From assembly GCA_004022145.1 (NCBI GenBank), contig RCNU01000002.1: a stretch of DNA of 64,000 bases, one strand, 5' to 3'. Source of the stretch: Paecilomyces variotii. Its lineage: Eukaryota. A program made the position numbers and the translations under genes. Under the pieces are notes generated by a model. It was not told the DNA's origin. It searched no databases and saw only the letters and a program-made list of their open reading frames with translations. Positions 35,342 to 45,423 of the stretch are shown piece by piece. Positions within the stretch are counted from its first letter, which is position 1; each line of letters starts with the position of its first letter.

Positions 35342-35923
35342 CTAACTGTCAGACTCGACCTCAACAAACTCCCATCGTGTCGCATCTTCTCCCTCTGAAC
35401 CGACAACCAACTCTCGATCATCTTCCCCTCCTGCCATCATCGGCCGAAAGTCGTCGTTATGTTTCACCAAAAGTATGTGGCCACCGTCCGGGTGCTCTCG
35501 TGCACAGAAGCGCTCCCATGTATCATGACACTGCCCCTTTGCATCGAATCGCCAGTTGGTCTTCTTGTTATTGTGCCTTATGTACGTTCCTGAGACTGAG
35601 TTATAGAAACCAAGCCACATACCCTCGTTCTCGACGCATTTCCAGTGGCTGCCACGACCATGGCTATAACTACTACCCTTATGGCCTTTCTCTTCAGGAC
35701 ATAAGCGTAGAACCCCCTCCTTGAGCGTGATAACGAGCTCGGTTTCAAGCTCACGGATTATATAGGTTCCTCCTTTCCAGGGGCATGTGCCAAATCTCAT
35801 TCTGCTGAGACTAGGATAGCTGGGTAACTCTGAGTCTGAATATTCCTCTGGAATACTAGTATGTGGTGTGTCACACTCTTGCCCGTCCGATGTAGTGAGA
35901 GACATGCTATCGATTTTTTGCAT
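35342..35923 (-). CDS. Uncharacterised fungal protein, possibly beta-trefoil (ricin-B/fascin-like)
   Basis: 193-aa ORF with repeating beta-strand/aromatic pattern CPWKGGTYIIRE...HWKCVENEGMWLGFYNSVSGTYI...WERFCAREHPDGGHILLV...TRWEFVEV; fold is inferred. Confidence 0.65.
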   Translation of the reverse strand: MQKIDSMSLTTSDGQECDTPHTSIPEEYSDSELPSYPSLSRMRFGTCPWKGGTYIIRELETELVITLKEGVLRLCPEEKGHKGSSYSHGRGSHWKCVENEGMWLGFYNSVSGTYIRHNNKKTNWRFDAKGQCHDTWERFCAREHPDGGHILLVKHNDDFRPMMAGGEDDRELVVGSEGEDATRWEFVEVESDS

Positions 35924-37226
35924 ATCCCGATGACTCGAAAGCTTCCTATTCCATAGGAAACGATTAGCTTGATAGATTTGATAGAGCTTCAGATATGTGT
36001 TATAAGGAAGATGACTGAACTGTTTGATCGCCGATCTTATCTCTGTAGGTTCCTGAGTTTTAGGATCAAGCCTAGACGCTATGTCTAGACTCTATGCCGA
36101 GAAGCTAGGAGTGGAGTAGAAGGCTGAGAATACACACTTCCGCATCAGTTTGAAGCTATAGATATGAGATACGTAAGGAGGTCAGCTTGCCGCATGGTTG
36201 TAGCGCGGAGGAGAACGGAGTCCTGGGCGGGGTAAGGATGTATGTACATACATAATACTTAAAGCATCCAAGCACCGAACTACGTCGCCCCGCTTTCCGA
36301 TAAAGTCACTATGATTCAAACCACTTAGCGAGAAGAACTATTCTAAATATAAAATAAGTATCACAGTACATGATGCTTGGTATCCACATCGACTATAAAT
36401 TGGTATTAGCACTCAAATATATCCGGTGAAAGTCCATGGTCATCCCAAGGCTGCAATAATCGAAGGACGCTGCCTTGATTCAAGCATTTCGCTGTATGAG
36501 GTTCTGAATCAAGCACCGGAAGCTGGCCAAGCAATAAAATTCTAATCTTTCCTAATGAACTTGCAATGAGCTGTCAATCCAGTAAAGTATCGTTTCTGAC
36601 TACTGTATCTGGAAAAGATTCTCCCCGATAGTAGCACTTCAGCTAAACCACTAGAATGGCCTTGTATACCATGTAGAAAATAACCATATAGTTCCTGTGT
36701 CGGAGCTCTTCCGCAATCCGACTCCCCACCCCTCATATACGGAGTACTCTAATCAATCTGGATTGGATACTCCGTACTTTCCCGTGTTGGATCTTGAGAA
36801 GCCCGTTGGAAGACAAGATAGCTAAGCATCGGCAACCGTTCATCTCCATCTCACTTCCCCGCTAGAACTCCCCGCATCTGTACAACGTTTAGGCCAACGA
36901 TCAGCAAAGCGGCTATTGAAATCGGGCTAACGATGATTTCTTACCCAATGGAATGTTCCGAGCTAATGTTCATCTACCATATGGTATGCCTTATTCTTTC
37001 CAACGCCCGGTAGCTCTCCTCAATTAGCGTATGGAAGCGGGATAATTATCCCCGAAAGATGGGATCCTGGGGGATTATTAGAGGAAAATTACAGTGCGAA
37101 ATGACTTTCGAGGAGATACTTCCCACTGTATGCACAGTACTTATATAGGGGACAGAAAGTAAGGAAAGAGATGTAGTTTTCTGTATTTCAGAAAGCGTAG
37201 CGAGGCGGATCCTGAGAGCCAGCATC

Positions 37227-38654
37227 ATGATGCTCCTACGCCTCCTTGCGTTGATAGCGTCTGTGACGGCATATGTAGTCAACGAAGGTACTGAATGCCG
37301 TCTGTTTCCTGAGAGCAGCACTCACAATGGACATCCTGTCGATGATACACCATCAATCCTACAGGCCTTTGAATTGTGCGGCACCAATGGCTCCGTCGTC
37401 TTCCCTAATGAGACGTTCTATGTCAATCAGGTCATGAACACCACCAACCTACTCAACTGTGATGTCTCCATATATGGTGAGCTTGTTTGGAGTACAAACG
37501 TCCCGTATTGGCTGTCACATAGCTTGCCAGTTGTCTTTCAGAATCTGTCTGCAGCATGGATATTTGGAGGGACAAATGTGACTGTGAAGGGATACGGACA
37601 GGGGAAGTTCTTCGGAAATGGTGAGCTTAGGACCGTCTCTGAATCCTAAAGCGATTCATTGCTAAATCTTTCCCTCTCAGGACAATCTTGGTACGACGAG
37701 AACCGCAATAACAGCAACCAGCCTGGTCGGCCAATGTCGTTTGTAATCTACAACTCGACAAATGTCCTAGTCGATGGACTCACCTGGCTCCAGTCGCAGT
37801 TCTGGAGCACGTTCGTCTCATATTCCAGCAATGTCACAATGTCCAACATTTTCGTGAATTCGACCAGCAACGACGGCAACCAGACCATGAACACGGATGG
37901 ATCCGACACGTGGAATTCGCATGATATCCGGTACTACAACTGGACTGTGCAGAATGGTACGTTGATATCATGAGAAGTTATGAAAGATATTTCGTCAGTT
38001 AACCTCGATATAGGGGACGACTGCATTGCCATCAAAGGTAACAGCAGCAACGTCCACGCACGTAACATCACCTGTTCTCAAACCAACGGTTTCCCCATCG
38101 GTTCTGTTGGTCAGGACCCTGGATACCCGGACTACGTAAAGGATATTCTCTTCGAGGATGTGACACTAATCGATTCGAACAATGGAGGATGGATCAAGGC
38201 GTGGCAGGGTGTGCCAACAACGACAGACTCCAACGGGGATAACGGAGGAGGTGGAGGCGGCTGGGCAAAGAACGTAACTTTCAGAAATTTCCGCCTGCAC
38301 AAGGTTGCGTTGCCGATCTATATCACCGAGTGCATCTACAGCAGTGATCCGACTGTCTGCGACACGTCCTCCTTCCAGATCTCCGATGTCACCTGGGAGA
38401 ACTTCACGGGAACATCCAAGTACGACGTGATCGCATCGATACACTGTGGGGCGAAAGTGCCTTGTCCCGGGCTCAAGTTTATCAACATAAATATTGAGAC
38501 TCTTAACGCGAGTCTGGGTCTTCCCAGCAAACAGCCGGTGTATCAGTGTGCGAACATCGTCAACCAGAATGCAACGGGTGTCAACAGCACGGGGATCCCA
38601 TGCAATGCATGGGCGCCAGGAGACTTCCCAGAGACACCAACGCATAACTATTAA
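37227..38654 (+). CDS. Secreted glycoside hydrolase family 28 (exo-rhamnogalacturonase / RgxB-like), 3 exons
   Basis: Signal peptide MMLLRLLALIASVTA; DDTPSILQAFELCG; GNG|QSWY; NTDGSDT; NG|DDCIAIKGNS; IGSVGQ; WIKAW; introns about 37621-37680 and 37957-38013. Confidence 0.9.
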
Positions 38655-39732
38655 AAGAGTCCTGCAGTGTGGATTTGACGGACGGGTCATGAATAACGTA
38701 TCAGAGATGACTGAGGATCCATGTCCGATTTAGACCTAACATTAGCATCAGCCACAATGCAATACAAGCTTACGAGTGTCCTTCTTTCCATCCATTCATT
38801 GACGTGGCTCTGCTAATACAGTTGGACACTAGGAGATGTTATGGTCTTAATATGAGAATAGTGTGGAGAACATAAAAAAAGTATCCTGGCCGAATATAAA
38901 TGTGATGGTGTTCCTATTCTCGGGCCAGCCCTACGAGCGCACGGGCAGTGACATCAGACTTGTTTTTGCCATCGATACTGGGGCGACAAGTAGGTTGCTC
39001 TCTGGAGGCGACAAGCGAGACAGGATTCTGGCGATATATCGAAATGAGAAGTAACATGCATATATCGTCGCTACTCTCAGGACTCTTCGAGCAGAAATAC
39101 GCAGATGAGTCATCACGTGGTGACGATGCATGTCACGTGCTACTGAGCGCAAGAAGACCAGCTCTATATTTTCCCACCAGATCAGAGAGAAGGCCGTTCG
39201 TTCAAGGTTATATTCTGTGTTCAACTCACTAAATCATTTCTGTGTGTAACAGACAAGACTATTCCCCTAGCTGTTCTGTTTTTCTGTCAGGCGTATGCGA
39301 CGGATATTCTGTGCGGCGGAAGTTTTGAGCCTCAAAAATATGCGTTGTAAGAGGATTCAGGGGGTTATCAGCACTGGAAACAGAGACCCGATGCCCAGAA
39401 AACAATAATAGAATAGAAGCCGTAGAGAACACACTGCTGTAAATCTGGCCTCTTTCCCCCTCGTGCATCCGTAGGAATGCTGGTAGCTTTCCTGGGCAGC
39501 CCATGGACGCTGCGACAGCTCCTTAAGTATGTATCCCGCAGCGCAACGTCTGCCATGTCAACCTCACCCACGCGCAATCCAACTGCGCTCTGCGACGCCC
39601 ACGGCGCGACAACCGTCCCTTCTCGACTGATGATTCGACTTGCGGCGCGATAGATGAGCAGTTTGGAGTCTGGCGGTCGCGTCTGAACGAGCCCTTTGCG
39701 CCCCGTTGTCCCCATCTCCACTGCCTGTCGCC

Positions 39733-42291
39733 ATGGACCTGCGCACGATCATGAACAACGACGCCGGCGGGGGCGCAAACAACAATCCCACGCCTCCACC
39801 GCACTCGCCGGCGGTGCATCGCTCTGCTTCAGAGAGCCACTATAGAAACGAACAGAATGAAACGCCCTCTGGCCCGTCATATCCGGCTGGATTACCAGGT
39901 CAACCTCAACCTCCTCCGTTGCAACCGCCTCACCGTTCACCAGACCGTTCTTCGTCCTACGGTTCAGTCCAATCACCATATCAGTACAGTTCGACTTCGA
40001 AGTTGACTTCAGGCGCTCCCTCCCAGCAAGGGCCAGTGATTCATGGTTCTCCATCCTTTGCATCGGCCCCGCGTGACTCCTTTGCTGGAAATCTGTCAAG
40101 CTCCGTTGTCTACAGCAACCAGCAGACACCAGGACCATTGGTCTCTCCCTTCACACCGCAGCCCATGAGCGCTGGGATCCAGCAACAACAGCAGCAGTCC
40201 TACTTTTCTCAGCGATCCCAGTCAATCCAGTTCGTCACGAGCCCTTCTTCCGTCTACAATTACTCATGCCATCCCAGGGAAAATCCTCAGTCGGCCGGTG
40301 CGCAACCGCCATTAGCGCCGCAGCAGTTCTCTCCGCAAGCCCAAAGGTCTCAGCCCGGAACTCCTCTTGGTCCTCCATCGGTATCATACCAGCGCCCTTC
40401 GCCTCAATCAGTCCGTCCAGCGTCGTCCGGTCGCGATTCCCAGCACGCCCAGTTGTCCAGTCCGTGGGGAGCCCAGGAGAACCAGACACGCGAGCAAAGG
40501 AACATCGCGTCCCCCACAGCGCATAGCAGGCCTTCCAGACAGGATTCAAGAAGCTCGGAACACACACAAAAGGACGGAGACAAGGAGAGAAGCGTTAGCG
40601 TTAGCCCCAAGACCGTTTTTGCCTCCACCCCTCGCCAGGCAAGCATTGCAGGGTCTATAGAGCGGACGAGTCCATCGAATCGCAACAGCGTCGACGACGG
40701 AAGGCAGAAGGAAAGCCCTACAGCAAGCGCTTCGGTGCATGCTCAAGGTGGCGCGGGTGCAACATCGGGCACGTATCAAGCCGTTACACCTCAGCAGCCA
40801 TATCCTGCGTCGATCAGCAATCGCACCAACAGCTCTCCGCCTGCGAGGATGAACTCGTCAGGTGATGTACCTATGACTTCTTCAGCCCAGCTGCCTCCCA
40901 AGGAAAACATGTCCATGTCGCCAGCGTCGGTTTCCGGCCCTCCCCCTGCGAAGAGAAAGAGGACAAGATATGCTGAACCACCGATCTACGCGCGTAAGGC
41001 GCCAGGAACTCATGGGAGAAGCCCGATGCTCCCGGCTCGCCGGCCACCAGTCCCTAAACATGCAAGACACACAGTTGACGACCCGGCATCACGGCAAAAG
41101 TCTATTCCACCAGCTGCGGCTATACCTGCGGCTGCAAGGAACCAGGTCAATGGGGCCCCCCCTACGAACGGACGCATATCAAATCTCCCCCCACCTGAGC
41201 CGAGTCCAGGGCTTCTTGGACCTTGGGAACCATCGATCACCGGTCTCATTCCTCACGAAGAGATCACAAAGTTGATATGCGATTTCCTTTTCCAGCAAGT
41301 GGTGATGCGGAAAGACGTCGGTGCAGGCCCTGCAGGGGGTGCAGCAACCGGTCAAGACGCAATCTTGGAAGTGGAGGCCAAGCTGGGACAACTGATTGAC
41401 CGCAACAGAGGCGAGAGACTTCGTCTTCCGGTGTTGACAGAGTGTATCTTGAGTAAAGATGATCCTGCGATTCGAACTTCTTTTGAAAGTTCCATGTCAC
41501 TGGTAAGTTATACTCCGGACATCATGGCAGCGTTCAGCCTTCCATCTGGTATTATTCACATAATCGTGGCACCCGCTAATTTTTCATAGGCACAACACCG
41601 TGCAATGAACAACTTCTTGAATGATGCTGTGAAAGCATCGATGCCACAGGCCAACTCCAGCCGTGTTCCTTTATCCTATGCTCACAAAAAGGAGCGCGAT
41701 ACGTTCTACGAGGTCAACGTATCTGAGCTGCCGCCAGTGATCCAGCACAACCTCCACCCTCGACACAAGCCTAAAGTGCGTGTGACAAGAGATCAACGTA
41801 CGGGAGAGATCTTGGCAAAGATCGTCAAGTGCCGCGTTGCAGATTTAGATGTTTACAGTCCACGGACTTGCGTGGATTGGCGTATAAGTGTCAATCTGGA
41901 AATGAATTATGACGGCGACGTTAGCAATCTACCTATCGCAGATGGAGCAGGTGCTAGGGGCAGAGCAGGTGGCGAGCGCAATAAAGACCGCATGAGTTAT
42001 CGACACCTAGCGTATCAGGTGGACCTGACACAAGTCGCAACAGCAGAGGTATGTCTTATGTGGATATGAAACCGTTCCTCCTCCGTTCATGCTAGCAATT
42101 ACTAACAATGGAACTAGCCTCCAACAAAGTCAGACTTCGAACATGAACTCGAGATCGAGATATCATCCGCTGAGGTCAGACGTCAAGGTGATCTCGCCCT
42201 TGCTGGTGATCCAAAGAACCAATATGAAGACCTGATCAAGGGTTTTGTGGACAATATACGCGTTCTAGCCCGGGCTGTGCCAGGAGCATGA
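39733..42291 (+). CDS. CET1: mRNA-capping enzyme beta subunit, RNA 5'-triphosphatase (triphosphate tunnel metalloenzyme), 3 exons
   Basis: Starts MDLRTIMN; long disordered N-terminus; PPIYAR; WEPSIT; LEVEAKLG (motif A); KVRVTRD; DWRISVNLE; RNKDRMSY; HELEIE (motif C). Confidence 0.94.
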
Positions 42292-42939
42292 TGAAAATCA
42301 CCCATCAAAAAATATTGCCATGTTGTCCATGGGAAGGCGCATTCCGGGTTTTGTTGACAATCAGGTCTTTTTTTTTTGGGTCGATTCGTCGCTGCTTTCT
42401 ATGAGCCGTCCTCGCGCAACAAGCAGGTAGATGAATATGGTTTTGCGTATGTCCACTCTTCGCGCTTCACTTCACGTCTATGTGTTACTTTTCTCTTCTC
42501 CTTATAAACCGAAGAATGACCAACAGAGAAATGTGAAATGGCTTCTTATATTCTCCGCCTGATTCATATTGTCTTGTTTAGTATCCCTGCTTCGTCTCTA
42601 CATATATATGTACTATATTAACAGGAAGGGTTTGGTTTCACGTTAGCCCTTTGTATTGCTGTCTATAAATGAATTCGTGGAGATTGCGCACGCATCCCGG
42701 ACGGCATAGCCGGGAACCCTTTTGGACCTACAGATGCATTCGCATTTCCATTTTGTACTTTCAACGAGTGAGTCCCTTCTCTACAAGGTTCACGAAGGCT
42801 CAACACGAAATCGAATAAACCTCTCGCTAATCGCTTTATTACAGTAGCACTAAAAAACAATAACACAATCTGGAACCTGCAGCGATGAAAGGCGCCCTCG
42901 CCTAAATTCAACTAGAGAAGAGATGGCCAATCTCAGACG

Positions 42940-43105
42940 TTATCGCCGTAGCTCTCGATGCGCCTGGTCTGGCCTTTTCATGCGGCCTAAGAATTGTTGG
43001 AATTTTGTTCCAAATTGCGTGATTATGCAGATAATCGCCTAATGAGGCAAGCCCGGGAATTATCTCGACGTGACACCGGTGATAACCGACGAGAACAGAG
43101 ATATA
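42940..43105. promoter_or_regulatory. Cluster of GATA sites (AreA-type nitrogen regulation) upstream of the MFS permease
   Basis: TTATCG 42940, AGATAA 43029, TTATCT 43060, TGATAA 43080, plus AGATAT about 43099. Confidence 0.5.
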
Positions 43106-43333
43106 TCGAGCAAAGCGCCATAGTTATGCGGGCTATGGGGCCAGAATCTGCTCGTATATGTGTAGCAGGCTTCAGTGGTACATTAAGTACTCAGTGGTCT
43201 CAATTGACAACGAGATTCGGGATATTGACGTCTGATATGTAAGGATGACGGCTATGCCAGGTTCCATTTTGCTGATATATTCACAGTTTAACATCTTGGA
43301 GGGCTGAAAGCACGTTCATTGGTGAAACTGAAC

Positions 43334-44914
43334 ATGGCAGACGATATATCCAACAGCGACAACAAAAGGCGAGAAGAGACAACCACCACTCCATCACCCA
43401 ACCCAAAAGATCAAGTCACAGTACATACCACCACAGCTCCTCCATCCGTGGGAGATGGCGCTCTTGAACTCCTCAAGGCCACCAGCCGCGGTCATGCTGC
43501 CTCCGGCCCCCTCGACCCAGAGCAGAGCCATCGACTCGTCCGCAAAATCGACATCTATATAATGCCTTTAATCTGCATCGTTTACTTCTTACAGTATCTC
43601 GACAAAATCGCCATTTCCTACGCCAGCGTGACGGGGATTCAGAAATCTACAAACCTCCACGGCGATCAGTTTAACTGGGTCTCGAGTATCTTCTTCTTCG
43701 GCCAGCTTGCTTTTGAGTTCCCAACTATTCGACTCATCCAGATGTTTCCTCTGGCTGCGTACGTTTCTATCAACGTCGTTATCTGGGGAGCTTTACTCGC
43801 TTGTCTCGCAGCATGCAAGTCATTCGCCTCTCTCATGGTCTGTCGAGCCCTCCTCGGCTGCGCAGAGGCAGCAATAGTGCCAGCCTGGGTCGTCTTCACC
43901 TCCCAATGGTACAAAAAGGAAGAACAAGCCTTCCGCGTCGGAATCTGGTTCTCCATGTGCGGTTTCGCCCAGATGTTCGGCGGATACGTCGCATACGGCG
44001 TCGCCGTACACGTTGGCCGCGACCCCAACGCCTCCCTGCGAGGATGGCAGATCATATTCCTCATCCTCGGCCTCCTCAGCGCCGTCATCGGAATTCTATT
44101 CTATTTCATCCTCCCTTCCTCACCCGTCACAGCGGGATTTCTCACCCCCGACGAAAAATCCCTTCACGTCGAACGGCTCCGTGGAAACCAACAGGGCATC
44201 GGCACGGATGTGTTCAAATGGCATCAATTCTACGAAGCCCTTCGCGACCCCAACACATGGCTATACTCCTTCTGGGTCTTCGCCGCAAATATTTGCAACT
44301 CCATCGCAACCAGTTTCGGCAACATCCTCGTCACGGGAATGGGATACTCATCGACCGAGTCCCTCTTACTCGTCACCCCCTTAGGAGCCTACGAAGTCGT
44401 CGCCCTCATCCTCCTCACCTACCTCTCCATGAAAACAAACCAGCGTCTCCTATGGTGTATAGCAGGCCACATCCCCTCTATCGTCGGCGCAATCCTAATG
44501 GCTACAACGGAAAAAGCCCCCGCGTTAATCGGCTTCTATCTCTCCGGCGGCGTACCCATCGGCTGGACAACCATCCTCGGTCTAACAAGTAGTAACGTCG
44601 CTGGGTCAACGAAGAAAATTACCGTGTCGTGTATCCAGACCATCGCGTATACAGTGGGGAATATCATCTCGCCGCATACGTTCCAAGCGAAGGATGCGCC
44701 GAGGTATCTTCCTGCGAAGATTTCGATTACTATTATTTATTTTTTGATCACGGTGGATTTGCTTGTGATTCGGTGGGTGGCGACGAGGGAGAATGAAAGG
44801 AGGGATAGAGAGAAGGAACAGTTGGAGAGGGAGGGTGCGTATGTTGTGCAGGATAATCAGGAGTTTCTCGATCTTACGGATAGGGAGAATAGGGAGTTTA
44901 GGTATGTTTTATAG
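43334..44914 (+). CDS. MFS transporter, allantoate permease (Dal5/anion:cation symporter) family
   Basis: LVRKIDIYIMP...LQYLDK, WVSSIFFFGQL, QWYKKEEQAFRVGIW, SNVAGSTKK, F.AKDAPRY, EFLDLTDRENREFRYVL; intronless. Confidence 0.93.
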   Translation: MADDISNSDNKRREETTTTPSPNPKDQVTVHTTTAPPSVGDGALELLKATSRGHAASGPLDPEQSHRLVRKIDIYIMPLICIVYFLQYLDKIAISYASVTGIQKSTNLHGDQFNWVSSIFFFGQLAFEFPTIRLIQMFPLAAYVSINVVIWGALLACLAACKSFASLMVCRALLGCAEAAIVPAWVVFTSQWYKKEEQAFRVGIWFSMCGFAQMFGGYVAYGVAVHVGRDPNASLRGWQIIFLILGLLSAVIGILFYFILPSSPVTAGFLTPDEKSLHVERLRGNQQGIGTDVFKWHQFYEALRDPNTWLYSFWVFAANICNSIATSFGNILVTGMGYSSTESLLLVTPLGAYEVVALILLTYLSMKTNQRLLWCIAGHIPSIVGAILMATTEKAPALIGFYLSGGVPIGWTTILGLTSSNVAGSTKKITVSCIQTIAYTVGNIISPHTFQAKDAPRYLPAKISITIIYFLITVDLLVIRWVATRENERRDREKEQLEREGAYVVQDNQEFLDLTDRENREFRYVL

Positions 44915-45423
44915 GTATGGGCTTTGGTCTTTGTCTTGGCATCTCTCTGAGGTTCCCGATCAAATGGAGGGCAGTAATAGTAGTAGTAGATGTGTGTTTA
45001 GATCAGATAGTCATTTTTAGAAAGATGGCGCTTTCAACACGATGATACGAGAATACGAGATACGAGTATCAATGATTAATGGCTCTGGTTGAGATTTCTT
45101 ATTTTCCTTGGTCCATACTATCTTACACTCCCAACGCAGGGATTTCGAACAGTCAAAGCCAGCTACGGCTCTATTATTTAAAATGGAGAAATATGCATAT
45201 CTCGTTGTCTTCACTAGTACGACAGTACAATTTAGAGACATCACCTCCGGAGAAGGAGGCGTGAAAGGAACAGAAAAGCCTATGACACACATAACGGACA
45301 AGACCCAATTGTCCCTGGAAATAAAGAATAGAAACAATACATGTTGGTTTTGAGCTGGAAGATTATTATGCAGTGGTGTGGCAGGAGACGGCTCCTTTCT
45401 TTTGGCTAGGCCGCAGATAGTGT

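Noticed and set aside
38863..39054. DIRLVFAIDTGATS resembling the Hsp70/actin phosphate-1 motif
   Set aside because: Single short match with no continuation of an ATPase domain in any frame
29200..39300. Starship-type giant transposon or secondary-metabolite cluster
   Set aside because: No tyrosine recombinase, no boundary repeats and no PKS/NRPS/terpene backbone gene seen
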